Of a stretch of DNA of 51,714 nucleotides, positions 9,394-18,881 are shown in pieces (position 1 is the first letter of the stretch; each line of letters starts with the position of its first letter). Both the position numbers and the translations under genes were made by a program. The stretch is taken from the IMG/VR virus record IMGVR_UViG_3300021389_000035, positions 1-51,714 of that record. One strand, written 5' to 3'. Origin of the DNA: a virus. Under the pieces are notes generated by a model. The model ran no database searches. It saw only the letters and a list, made by a program, of their open reading frames with translations, and was not told the origin of the DNA.

Positions 9394-9828
9394 GTGTCTA
9401 AATGGGACGTAGCGCATATGGATACTGCACGTAGGTATGCGCAACTGTCCTCTGCAAAACGTGCACAGGTGGGTGCGGTCATCGTAAAAGATGGTCGTAT
9501 CCTATCTATCGGATACAATGGTATGCCTAGTGGATGGGACAACAGCTGCGAACATGAAGTGAAGACTGGCAACACAGGTTACGGTAGGAAACTAGTCACT
9601 AAAGACGAAGTCATTCATGCAGAGTCTAATGCAATCACTAAGGTTGCACGTAGTTCAGAATCTACCGAAGGTTCTACACTATATACAACGATGCTGCCCT
9701 GTTTAGATTGTGCAAAACTGATATATCAATCAGGCATTCGTAAGGTATACTATTCAGACCAATACCCCAAGGGTACAGCAGGATTAGATTTTTTAAATAA
9801 ATGTGAAATCCCTGTGAGTAAGATATGA
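9394..9828 (+). CDS. deoxycytidylate (dCMP) deaminase-like protein
   Basis: HAESNAI and PCLDCAK zinc-binding motifs; GYNGMPSGWDN. Probable GTG start at 9394 (MSKWDVAHMDTARRYA). Confidence 0.9.
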   Translation: MSKWDVAHMDTARRYAQLSSAKRAQVGAVIVKDGRILSIGYNGMPSGWDNSCEHEVKTGNTGYGRKLVTKDEVIHAESNAITKVARSSESTEGSTLYTTMLPCLDCAKLIYQSGIRKVYYSDQYPKGTAGLDFLNKCEIPVSKI

Positions 9829-10478
9829 CAGATGCAAACGAAAATTATAATATGACTCCGGCAGATAATGTGTTGTATTTTCCTAATAACATCGATGTTA
9901 GGATATGTCCTAAGAATGGTATGTCTACCTTAAAAGAAGCATTACGTAGAGGGACAGGAGAATCACATTCTAGAGGATGGAAAGAAAGACATTATGCGGT
10001 ATCAACAAAAGGTGATCAATTCGATCTTCCATTCAGGAAAGGTTCCTATCGTATTGCCGTAAGACGTGATCCAATTGATAGATTCAAATCTGCGTGTGAA
10101 TTCATTCAGTCCGCACGTGCTTTCTATATTAAGCATGGAAGAGATTTACCCGACATATCACTGAAGATCGATGAGGTTATTGATGGTATGGAGAGTGGTG
10201 ATGTGAAAAATAGTCACTTCTATACACAGTCTTGGTATATGGGTCATCCCGATGATTATGATATGGTTTATCACATTGACGAGATGCCGAAACTTCTTGA
10301 CTTTCTCCAAGAAGCCTGTAATATAGAACGTGATATAAGTGTTTTACACGAAAACCGAACAACAATGAAATTATATAATGATGCGATATCACCTGATCAT
10401 ATGGTGAAACTTCGCAACTTTTACTTGAAGGATTACAAAAATGGCTGGTGCAAACAAGAAGACCGTCTCACCGTTTGA
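9825..10478 (+). CDS. sulfotransferase-family-like protein
   Basis: VRICPKNGMSTLKEAL (PAPS 5'-binding-like) and RIAVRRDPIDRFKSACEF (3'-phosphate binding-like) motifs. Confidence 0.75.
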   Translation: MTDANENYNMTPADNVLYFPNNIDVRICPKNGMSTLKEALRRGTGESHSRGWKERHYAVSTKGDQFDLPFRKGSYRIAVRRDPIDRFKSACEFIQSARAFYIKHGRDLPDISLKIDEVIDGMESGDVKNSHFYTQSWYMGHPDDYDMVYHIDEMPKLLDFLQEACNIERDISVLHENRTTMKLYNDAISPDHMVKLRNFYLKDYKNGWCKQEDRLTV

Positions 10479-10836
10479 TTTTTTACAAAGTATTAACCAC
10501 TCGAAGATAGATATATATGAAGGTAATGAGAAGGGTTATGTCCCGTTCGTTATTAATCGCAGTCTGTCGTACTTCCCCGACACTGTTGCATTAGCGAATG
10601 AGATGAATCGGTATCACCATATTGATAGTAAGTTACAATATCAGTTTCTTATAAATATAGTTAGAAAAAGAAAACGTTTTTCTAAATGGGTAAAACCTGA
10701 GATAGAAAATGATATTGAAATGGTGAAAGAGTATTATGGATATAGTAATGACAAAGCAAGACAAGTCCTACCACTACTCTCCGCCACACAACTAACTATT
10801 ATAAAAGATAAGGTGAATAAAGGTGGAAGAAAATAA
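10441..10836 (+). CDS. 62: gp62 clamp loader small subunit
   Basis: RSLSYFPDTVALANEMNRYHHIDSKLQYQFLINIVRKRKRFSKW parallels T4 gp62 ALSQFPECMPAVYAMN...QYNYLM..VPRGKRYGKW. Position between gp44 and regA. Confidence 0.75.
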   Translation: MAGANKKTVSPFDFLQSINHSKIDIYEGNEKGYVPFVINRSLSYFPDTVALANEMNRYHHIDSKLQYQFLINIVRKRKRFSKWVKPEIENDIEMVKEYYGYSNDKARQVLPLLSATQLTIIKDKVNKGGRK

Positions 10837-11233
10837 TATTGTAGAATGGAACTCTGGGTTGATGTTGGAAATCATTCTGGCAGAACCAGATGACTTTTTG
10901 AAAGTCAAGGAAACTCTCACACGTATTGGTATCGCCTCCAGACGTGATAATAAACTTTTCCAGTCCTGTCATATCCTTCATAAACAGGGTAGATATTTTA
11001 TTGTGCACTTCAAAGAACTCTTTATGTTGGACGGTAAGAAGTCTAACCTAGAAGCTGGAGATGTACAACGAAGAAATACAATCGCGACTTTACTACAAGA
11101 CTGGGGTCTGGTAGAGATCCACAATAAAGAAGTCGCAAAAGACTGTGCGCCTATGCGTACAATTAAAATCATCGGGTTCAAAGATAAAGAACAATGGGAG
11201 CTTTGTCCGAAGTATAATATTGGAAATAAGTGA
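10823..11233 (+). CDS. regA: RegA translational repressor
   Basis: PDDFLKVKETLTRIGIASRRDNKLFQSCHILHKQGRYFIVHFKELF is near-identical in pattern to T4 RegA. Confidence 0.95.
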   Translation: MEENNIVEWNSGLMLEIILAEPDDFLKVKETLTRIGIASRRDNKLFQSCHILHKQGRYFIVHFKELFMLDGKKSNLEAGDVQRRNTIATLLQDWGLVEIHNKEVAKDCAPMRTIKIIGFKDKEQWELCPKYNIGNK

Positions 11234-11763
11234 TGTTTGATATATTTACAGATAAAGAGGAATTCATTGCGGATAAGATCCCGTTCTTCGGGAAACTTCC
11301 TCTTGAAATAAGTGATGTATATGATTGGAACAGACATATGCACCTACTCAATACTCATCCGGATAAACAAATAGATTCTAATACGAATAAGTTTCGTATC
11401 GGATTAAACTCTTTCCATAGTAGACCGTCTGCACCCGACTTCGCACGTGAAATCGAACAAGAGATGCAGGACGTTTTTTCTTTACATGGAAACAAGATCA
11501 CCAATATAGCATTCACCGGTATTGGTAAAAACTCTGACTCTTATCCTTGGCACTTCGACCAGATGGATGTGTTCTTAGTACAAGTCCTTGCGTCTGTAGA
11601 GATGAGAGTAGAGGGTCATAACAACAACGAACCATTTTGGTTCAATCCAGGCGACTACGTGTGGTTGCCTCGGGGTACCCACCATCAAGTGATTCCCCAC
11701 GATAGTCGAGTAAGTTTTTCCTTCGGTGTTGAAGGAGACCCTGACCCATCCATTTATTTCTAA
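11230..11763 (+). CDS. cupin / JmjC-like protein
   Basis: PWHFDQMDVFLVQV...WFNPGDYVWLPRGTHHQV: double-stranded beta-helix metal site HxD...H with typical PGD..PRG.H block. Confidence 0.7.
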   Translation: MMFDIFTDKEEFIADKIPFFGKLPLEISDVYDWNRHMHLLNTHPDKQIDSNTNKFRIGLNSFHSRPSAPDFAREIEQEMQDVFSLHGNKITNIAFTGIGKNSDSYPWHFDQMDVFLVQVLASVEMRVEGHNNNEPFWFNPGDYVWLPRGTHHQVIPHDSRVSFSFGVEGDPDPSIYF

Positions 11764-11870
11764 ATGCGGTATGATATTTTTGCATAGCCTCTATCAAGAG
11801 TATGCGTTTATATACATATATACGTAATGAAATAATTCATTATATAATTAAACAGAGGTTAGTAAAAGTT

Positions 11871-11978
11871 ATGGAAAGGTCACGATCTGATAAAATATCA
11901 GAGAGATTAGGAATGACTATAGTTAGTTTAGCAAGTGCAATTACGTTCTATATAACATTTAGTGCACTGATGGTATAA
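11871..11978 (+). CDS. small single-TM protein (35 aa)
   Basis: MERSRSDKISERLGMTIVSLASAITFYITFSALMV; basic N-terminus plus hydrophobic segment; AGAGG upstream. Confidence 0.45.
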   Translation: MERSRSDKISERLGMTIVSLASAITFYITFSALMV

Positions 11979-12033
11979 AAAGAAAAACGGGTGAGGTCAT
12001 GAGACTTTGCCCCAACCTTTAAGGAAATTTGTC

Positions 12034-12846
12034 ATGAACCTGATTTATCAATATTGGGACGGTGAAGTAAAAGAATCATGTCGTGCCGGTGTTATGGCCA
12101 TGCAAGAATACGCGGAACGTATTGGTGCAGAGTACATCTTCGAAGAGAATCCTCAGTTTCTCAAAAATCATTTTGGTTACAACTTTGGTAACTACTCTCC
12201 GCACTACGGTGCATTCAAACCCATCTTCAATGAAGCATTCGATAGATACGATAAAATACTATTTGCAGATACTGATGTATTTCCGGTAGAAGGTCTAGAG
12301 GCAAACATCTTTGACGAATTTACTGGTGGGATTGGTATCTGTACAGAACCAGAACAACCACGTATTCGTACTATTACCGGTGGTCGCATCACTCACGAAC
12401 AAGACGAACGTTTCGCTGCGTTATGTAAGAATATGTTCGGAACGGACTTACCTAGAAACGAATATGGTATTGATGTTTTCAACACAGGAATGGTCTTGTA
12501 TTCAAAAGAAGCACGTGTTAAGGCACGGAAGACTTGGTTAGATCCTAAAAGATATGTTGAGTTAGTTCGTCAAATGGGACTAGACTCGTTCTATACTTGT
12601 GATCAACCATACCTACATGCAATGATGTTTGTACACGACTTTGAAGTACAACGTATGGATAATGGGTGGAACTCTTATATTCATTACAGTAGATATAAGG
12701 GTATAGAGGGAAGAGAACTCCATGACTGGAGAGATGATAACACCAAGTTTGTCCATGTCCAGTTTGCAGGAGCGGACAATCTGGATACTGAAACACATCG
12801 GAGAGTTGTAAACCTTCCCCAAGAACAATGGAACCTACCTAAGTGA
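12034..12846 (+). CDS. glycosyltransferase (GT-A type, DxD)
   Basis: YDKILFADTDVFPVEG, DVFNTGMVLYS, CDQPYLHAMMF. Confidence 0.7.
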   Translation: MNLIYQYWDGEVKESCRAGVMAMQEYAERIGAEYIFEENPQFLKNHFGYNFGNYSPHYGAFKPIFNEAFDRYDKILFADTDVFPVEGLEANIFDEFTGGIGICTEPEQPRIRTITGGRITHEQDERFAALCKNMFGTDLPRNEYGIDVFNTGMVLYSKEARVKARKTWLDPKRYVELVRQMGLDSFYTCDQPYLHAMMFVHDFEVQRMDNGWNSYIHYSRYKGIEGRELHDWRDDNTKFVHVQFAGADNLDTETHRRVVNLPQEQWNLPK

Positions 12847-13646
12847 TCGCATACCAGATAGTAATAAAAGACGATCCTGTATCCGAAGAATACGCACGTA
12901 TATCACGTGAGTCTTTTCAACCTGCCATTGATGCGGGTATAATAGAAGAGATTCGAACCTTTCATGCGATCACTCCAGACTCTGTAGATTTTGAAGAACA
13001 TTTGTCAAGATATAATTGGCAAACTTCTATAATGCAGGCTGATCTACATGGTAGTGCCCCTGATGACCATTCTCCTACCGAGAAGGCAGGAATGTGTTCT
13101 CATTGGGAACTTATGCGCATGGCGTCCGAGTCTGATGAGAGATTCTTAGTATTGGAACATGATACCTTTTTGATAGAAGAACACTTGGATGTGTTGACAT
13201 CTATAATTAAGTTTATTGAAGAAATGGATGTCTTGTATGGAAACATTGGTTTGTTTATGGGGTGTTATACCTTGGAGAAGGAAACCGCTGCATGGCAATA
13301 CGATATGTTGACCCAAGGTAACTTCCCTATCAACTGTGGCCCATATTGCACACTACAGAGATTATATTCGACATACACTACACGTGTATTAAAATATGAA
13401 AATTATAGAGGTCGTGAGACAACTCTTGTGCATCCTTGGCACGGGTGTGACACTCTACATTTTGGTCGAAACATCCAAAAACCCTTCAACAAAAGGGATC
13501 CCAATATTGCATTCAATCCATGGAGAACACCTACTACTCAGGTCATATCTAAGAAACTTTGTGTTACCCAAGATCATCACGGGTACAGTCAAAAATTCAT
13601 AGATGCACCTTGGACTCGTCATCACTATTTTCATATAATAGATTGA
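12843..13646 (+). CDS. GT25-like glycosyltransferase candidate
   Basis: N-terminal VIKDDPVSEEYARISRESF...FHAITPDSV; EKAGMCSHWELM...ERFLVLEHDTFL is similar to GT25 patterns (cS.~a....w..........vlEDD). Confidence 0.55.
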   Translation: MIAYQIVIKDDPVSEEYARISRESFQPAIDAGIIEEIRTFHAITPDSVDFEEHLSRYNWQTSIMQADLHGSAPDDHSPTEKAGMCSHWELMRMASESDERFLVLEHDTFLIEEHLDVLTSIIKFIEEMDVLYGNIGLFMGCYTLEKETAAWQYDMLTQGNFPINCGPYCTLQRLYSTYTTRVLKYENYRGRETTLVHPWHGCDTLHFGRNIQKPFNKRDPNIAFNPWRTPTTQVISKKLCVTQDHHGYSQKFIDAPWTRHHYFHIID

Positions 13647-13671
13647 CAAACTCCTCGTAATAATATATAAT
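13643..13671 (+). promoter_or_regulatory. sigma70 consensus promoter
   Basis: TTGACA-N17-TATAAT. Confidence 0.85.
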
Positions 13672-13694
13672 GGTTACATTGAGATGAGGAATTT

Positions 13695-14831
13695 ATGTTA
13701 CTAACTAAAGAAGATGCGTTCTACGCAGCAAATGTATTTACGGAGTTCTTTTCGAACTTTGACCGTATTGACGACTATATGCGTCAAATCAAGATGGAAC
13801 GTATGAAGACGTTCCCCACGGGTCTACTTGGTATGGGCCCCGAAGATGACCTGTTCGATGATTTCGACATGCACCCTAATGATATGGAGTTTGTCATCGG
13901 TGATTGTCCTCAGAACCAGTTCATGCAGTACATGGAGATCGTTACTTCTGCGCCCGTAGAATCTAGTATTCCGGGCAAACAAATGTTGAAGATTGTCAAA
14001 GAGAAGAACTCAGGTAAGATCTTTGGTATGATTCGATTCGGTTCTCCTACTATCAACTCACGTCCTCGTAATGAGTGGTTGGGTAATCCTCTGGACTCGT
14101 ACAATCCCGCAGTGATGAAAAGATTCAACGAATCTGTGATTATGGGGTTTAACATCATTCCGGTGCAACCCGCAGCTTTCAATACCTTGGGTGGAAAACT
14201 GCTCGCAGGTATTTGTTGTTCCCACCAAATGAGAAAAGAAATTAATAAACGATATGGTTCTAACATTGCGATGTTCGAGACCACATCCTTATATGGGAGT
14301 TCAACATCTGCAAGTATGTATGACGGTATGCGCCCATTCCTACGTTTTAACGGTTTGACAGACTCAAACTTCGCCCCACTGATCAACGATGATAACTTCC
14401 GTAGACTGAACGACTGGTTCAAAGAACGGAACGGTGGTGATTACTTGGTACCTGCTGACGCATCTTCTCGTAAGTTGAAGACGCAGACCAAGATGGTATC
14501 CATTATCAAAACCTCTCTCAAACAATATGATGTGGATGCCTATGCGAAGTTCTGTCAGATCTTTAAAGATGCGAAGGGTTTGACCGAGAAGAAACGTTCC
14601 TTCTTCTCTACCTATGGTTATGAGGCACAGTCCGTCAAGGACTATCTGAACCTCAAGACCGATGAACTCAAACCCGCAGAGAACTTTGACCGATTCGAGA
14701 TGGAGAACATCGTATCTTGGTGGCGCAAGAAGGCATCCAAGAGATTCGAACAGGTCAAGGCAGATGGTCGTCTACGTACCAAACTAGAAACGTGGAATAC
14801 AAATGCGGATGAAATTGACATTATTCGTTAA
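13695..14831 (+). CDS. hypothetical protein with possible DUF4338/DruA-like core
   Basis: GKIFGMIRFGSPTINSRPRNEWLG...FNIIPVQPAAFNTLGGKLLAGICCSHQMRKEINKRYGSNIAMFETTSLYGSSTSASMYDGMRPFLRFNG. Confidence 0.5.
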   Translation: MLLTKEDAFYAANVFTEFFSNFDRIDDYMRQIKMERMKTFPTGLLGMGPEDDLFDDFDMHPNDMEFVIGDCPQNQFMQYMEIVTSAPVESSIPGKQMLKIVKEKNSGKIFGMIRFGSPTINSRPRNEWLGNPLDSYNPAVMKRFNESVIMGFNIIPVQPAAFNTLGGKLLAGICCSHQMRKEINKRYGSNIAMFETTSLYGSSTSASMYDGMRPFLRFNGLTDSNFAPLINDDNFRRLNDWFKERNGGDYLVPADASSRKLKTQTKMVSIIKTSLKQYDVDAYAKFCQIFKDAKGLTEKKRSFFSTYGYEAQSVKDYLNLKTDELKPAENFDRFEMENIVSWWRKKASKRFEQVKADGRLRTKLETWNTNADEIDIIR

Positions 14832-14948
14832 AAAAGTGTTGCCAAAGGCACTCTCTTTTGGTATTATATATGTGTAGGTTGATAGAACGACTCATGGTGA
14901 CTCCTTCACTTCCTACACACCCTAACTAATTATATAAAGGTATATATT

Positions 14949-16292
14949 ATGAAAATCTCAAAGACATACAAGTCAGTTGAATCAAAAACAACCAACACAA
15001 CTTTTGGAGCATATGCTTCAATGATCCCATCTGTACACGCTGACTTGAATTGTCAGTCTGTAACTCGTTGGGAATTAGATAATAAACAACAGTTTATCAT
15101 TTCTCTAATATTGAACACTGCACCGTCCAAGTTCATCCTTGCGCATGTACAGTCTTGTTTGACATCCGCTGAACTGAATAACGATTCGGATTCCTTCAAG
15201 TACTTTTCCAGTTTCACTAATCTGTATCACTATTTGAACCTAGACTCTAATAATCGTACAACCTGTATATTTTCTTACACCAAGGACGAGTTCTCTATTC
15301 CAGAAGGTAACTATGTAGTTGCTGAGGAAGTATACACAATCACTTCTTCTAATAATAAGTATTCGACTCTTCCAGTTGGTTTGAGAAATGTTTTGGATTC
15401 TCGTAAGATAACTTTGGAAATTTATCAGAACGCTACCCAAGAAGATATCACACGTCTCTTTTTAGTTGTGAACAGCGGTGTTTCACTAAACTCCGCAGAG
15501 TTGAGAAATCCAATTCTTTCTAACGTAGCTGACCGAATTAGGGAAGTAGCTACTAACGAGACTGAAAATTTCTTTAAGTCAAGGGTATTTACTTCAAAAG
15601 AAATGAATCGCCGCAAACTTGATGATTATGTCGCTGGGTTGTGCATGATTTACCTTGAGGGTTTGGAAGCTAAAATTACCAATAAGAATCTGGAAGGAAT
15701 GTATTATGACGAAAACGCTAATAAACTCGTCAATAAGTTTACCAAAGAGTTTTCTCGATTCTTAAAAATTGTTGGGAAAAAGTTGTCAGTATTCAAACGT
15801 GAAAATGGATTACTTGATCTGTTTGTCATTTACCTTGATCAGATAAGATCGGGTAAGAAGATCGTTGATTCTGAAAATTTTGTAAAAGATTACATCAATA
15901 CACAAATTGATTTGATTAAGGACAAAACTGAATATTCATACAACAAAAACGGTCGTTCAGCAAACTTTTCAGAATTGTTACGTTCACGTGAGATTAGATT
16001 TAATCAACTTCGTAACTCATTGATCACTAAGAATTTTGACGCTTCTAAGTACTTCATTGGACTAGACAGTCGTAGAGTTGGCAACCGTGAAGAGAAGTTG
16101 ATTACTGCTAAGGAACAGGGTTGGATTACTCCAGAAGGCGTTGAGATTCCTATGGAAGATATCTTGACGACTGAATTTGAAATCGGTCACATCATTCCAC
16201 ACGCTGATGGTGGAAAGACCGAACTGTCGAACTTTGCGATTCAGACCAAAGAAGATAATAGAAAACTTGGTAGGAAACCAATTGCAGTTTAA
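14949..16292 (+). CDS. DUF262-like N-terminal domain plus HNH endonuclease
   Basis: VTRWELDNKQQFIISLIL...VNSGVSLNSAELRN (DUF262-like) and C-terminal EIGHIIPHADGGKTELSNFAIQTKEDNRKLG (HNH). Confidence 0.8.
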   Translation: MKISKTYKSVESKTTNTTFGAYASMIPSVHADLNCQSVTRWELDNKQQFIISLILNTAPSKFILAHVQSCLTSAELNNDSDSFKYFSSFTNLYHYLNLDSNNRTTCIFSYTKDEFSIPEGNYVVAEEVYTITSSNNKYSTLPVGLRNVLDSRKITLEIYQNATQEDITRLFLVVNSGVSLNSAELRNPILSNVADRIREVATNETENFFKSRVFTSKEMNRRKLDDYVAGLCMIYLEGLEAKITNKNLEGMYYDENANKLVNKFTKEFSRFLKIVGKKLSVFKRENGLLDLFVIYLDQIRSGKKIVDSENFVKDYINTQIDLIKDKTEYSYNKNGRSANFSELLRSREIRFNQLRNSLITKNFDASKYFIGLDSRRVGNREEKLITAKEQGWITPEGVEIPMEDILTTEFEIGHIIPHADGGKTELSNFAIQTKEDNRKLGRKPIAV

Positions 16293-16298
16293 TTACAG

Positions 16299-16324
16299 AG
16301 GGGTTGACAACAACCCCTTTTTTT
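16299..16324 (+). terminator. rho-independent terminator
   Basis: AGGGGTTG ACAA CAACCCCT TTTTTT: perfect 8 bp stem, 4 nt loop, U-tract. Confidence 0.9.
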
Positions 16325-16332
16325 GTTATACT
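16304..16332 (+). promoter_or_regulatory. sigma70 promoter upstream of gp43, -35 inside the terminator hairpin
   Basis: TTGACA-N17-TATACT. Confidence 0.75.
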
Positions 16333-16360
16333 ATATACATTATTCTAAAGAAGTGAGTCT

Positions 16361-18850
16361 ATGTCCAATTTTTATACATCGGTTGTCCGTTTTGGCAACA
16401 AACTTCTGTACCGTGGTTTCGAGAACGGCAAAGAAGTAAAACGCAGAATTCCTTTCAAACCTACTCTGTTTATGTCCGGTACCGCAGAACAATCTGATGG
16501 TTGGACTACACTTGACGGACTACCCGTACAACCAATAACCTTTGACTCTATGTCCGAGGCGAAGGACTTTGACAAACGTTACGAACATGTCTCCAACTTT
16601 ACTATTGCAGGCAATACTAATTATGTTGCCCAATTCCTTGGAGAAGTCTTTCCCGATAATATTGACTATGACCGTAGTCTCATCAAGACTGCGAACCTTG
16701 ATATCGAGGTTTTCTCTCAGGATGGTTTCCCCACTCCTGGCGCGGCCGCATATCCTGTTACCGCAATCACTATGCGTCAAGACTGTGGTACGTACTGGGT
16801 CTGGGGTTGTCAGGACTATACCGTATCTCGTGATGACGTACTCTACATCAAGTGTGACAACGAAATAGATCTACTCCAAAAGTTTGTACGTCAGTTCGAA
16901 CAATACGCCCCCAATATTATTACTGGTTGGAACACACGGTTCTTCGATATTCCGTATCTGGTTAACCGTATGACTAAACTTCTCGGTGACGATACCATGG
17001 CGAAACGTATGTCTCCTTGGGGTCTTATCCGTGAACGTAATACTACCATCAACGGCAAACCCAACCAAGAGTTTGTCCTTGAGGGTATCGAACAACTTGA
17101 CTACCTCGAAGTCTTCAAGAAGTTCACCTACAATACTCTGGGTCAACAAGAATCCTATCGACTAGACCATATCGCCCACGTAGTACTGGGTGAACGCAAA
17201 CTATCCTATGAGGAACACGGTTCTCTGTTTGCCCTGTATGAGAATGACTTCCAAAAGTTCATTGACTATAACATCAAAGACGTTGAGTTGGTACATCTCC
17301 TCGATGTCAAACTTGATTTGATTTCATTAATCCTGACCATGGCCTACAAGGCGGGTGTGAACTATAACGATACTCTGGGTACGACTGCTATCTGGGACAC
17401 TATCATCTTCCGACTTCTTAATAAGAACAAGGTTGCGGTTCCTAAGAAGGTCGAGAAACCCAAGACCGCATATCCTGGCGGTTACGTGAAAGACCCACAG
17501 GTTGGTTCGCACGACTGGGTAACCTCATTCGATTTGGCATCTCTGTATCCTAACATCATTGTACAATACAATATGTCTCCGGAGACGGTGATGGACGGAT
17601 TCGTTAACAATGTCTCGGTCGATAAGTTTCTGGACGGTTCGATTGACCTGACTGACCAGAATCTAGATTATGCTCTTGCACCTACTGGTGTTAGATTCGC
17701 CCAAGATAAAGAAGGTGTGGTTCCCAAAATCATTAAAATGTATTACTCGGAACGTAGAGTAATCAAGAAGAAGATGTTGGAATGTCAACAGGAGATGCAG
17801 ACTAACCCATCTAAAACTCTAGAGTATACCATAACTTCTCTGAATAATCAACAGATGGCAATTAAGATTCTTATGAATTCACTTTATGGTGCCCTTGGGA
17901 ATCGTTGGTTCAGATATTTCGACCAAAGAGTTGCAGAGTCCATTACTCTTGCTGGTCAACTTGCAATCAAATGGGCGGAGAGAGCAGTAAACAATGAAAT
18001 GCAAAAACTTCTTAAAACGGATGAAGACTACGTTGTGGCAATTGACACCGATTCTGTTTATCTTCGTATGGGGGATCTCGTTGATAAGTTTTCTCCTAGT
18101 AATCCGGTAAAGTTTCTCGACAAGATCTGTTCGGAACACTTCGAGAAACTCCTTGTGAAGTCTTATGCGGATATGGCACTAGCGACCAATGCCTATGAGA
18201 ATCGCATGGAGATGGAACGGGAGGTAATCGCTGACCGTGGTATCTGGATGGCCAAGAAACGTTACATCCTGAACGTCCACAATAACGAAGGTGTCCAGTA
18301 CGCAGAACCCAAACTCAAGATGATGGGTATCGAGGCGATCAAGTCCAGTACTCCGCAGGTTGTCCGTGACAAGTTCAAGGAGATATTTCGGGTCATCGTA
18401 GAAGGTACCGAAGTAGACACACAACGATACATTTCGGACTTTAAGTCCCATTTTAAGACCTTACCGCCCGAAGCGGTTTCGTTCCCTCGGGGTGTATCGG
18501 ATGTGACCAAATGGTCTGACCGTAAGACTGTGTACAAGAAAGGCACTCCTATCCATGTTCGTGGTGCGTTGATGTTCAACAAAGCACTCAAGGAAAGTTC
18601 TCTGACCAAACGGTACGAGACTATCAAGAATGGTGAGAAGATTAAGTTTTGTTACCTGAAGATGCCTAATCCAATCGGTGAGAATGTAATCTCTTATCCA
18701 CTGAACCTTCCCCGTGAACTTGGACTGGATAAATATATCAATTATGATATGATGTTCAACAAAACATTCCTTGACCCACTCACTCCCATTCTGGATGCGG
18801 TTGGTTGGGATTCTGAACCTCAGGCGTCACTAGAGGATTTCTTTGGTTGA
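16361..18850 (+). CDS. 43: gp43 family B DNA polymerase
   Basis: Exo I LDIEVFS; [18 protein letters not shown]; [13 protein letters not shown]; [12 protein letters not shown]. Confidence 0.96.
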   Translation: MSNFYTSVVRFGNKLLYRGFENGKEVKRRIPFKPTLFMSGTAEQSDGWTTLDGLPVQPITFDSMSEAKDFDKRYEHVSNFTIAGNTNYVAQFLGEVFPDNIDYDRSLIKTANLDIEVFSQDGFPTPGAAAYPVTAITMRQDCGTYWVWGCQDYTVSRDDVLYIKCDNEIDLLQKFVRQFEQYAPNIITGWNTRFFDIPYLVNRMTKLLGDDTMAKRMSPWGLIRERNTTINGKPNQEFVLEGIEQLDYLEVFKKFTYNTLGQQESYRLDHIAHVVLGERKLSYEEHGSLFALYENDFQKFIDYNIKDVELVHLLDVKLDLISLILTMAYKAGVNYNDTLGTTAIWDTIIFRLLNKNKVAVPKKVEKPKTAYPGGYVKDPQVGSHDWVTSFDLASLYPNIIVQYNMSPETVMDGFVNNVSVDKFLDGSIDLTDQNLDYALAPTGVRFAQDKEGVVPKIIKMYYSERRVIKKKMLECQQEMQTNPSKTLEYTITSLNNQQMAIKILMNSLYGALGNRWFRYFDQRVAESITLAGQLAIKWAERAVNNEMQKLLKTDEDYVVAIDTDSVYLRMGDLVDKFSPSNPVKFLDKICSEHFEKLLVKSYADMALATNAYENRMEMEREVIADRGIWMAKKRYILNVHNNEGVQYAEPKLKMMGIEAIKSSTPQVVRDKFKEIFRVIVEGTEVDTQRYISDFKSHFKTLPPEAVSFPRGVSDVTKWSDRKTVYKKGTPIHVRGALMFNKALKESSLTKRYETIKNGEKIKFCYLKMPNPIGENVISYPLNLPRELGLDKYINYDMMFNKTFLDPLTPILDAVGWDSEPQASLEDFFG

Positions 18851-18875
18851 CAGGTGGTCGATTATTTGATATAAT
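18847..18875 (+). promoter_or_regulatory. sigma70 consensus promoter
   Basis: TTGACA-N17-TATAAT overlapping the gp43 stop. Confidence 0.85.
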
Positions 18876-18881
18876 GTATCT

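Noticed and set aside
11764-11870. AT-rich intergenic region with TATATACATATATACG palindromic-looking sequence
   Set aside because: Could be an origin or regulatory site, but the short palindrome in AT-rich DNA is not convincing without comparative data.
13910-14422. Minus-strand 170 aa ORF opposite the DUF4338-like gene
   Set aside because: No promoter, SD or domain signal; consistent with an antisense shadow ORF.
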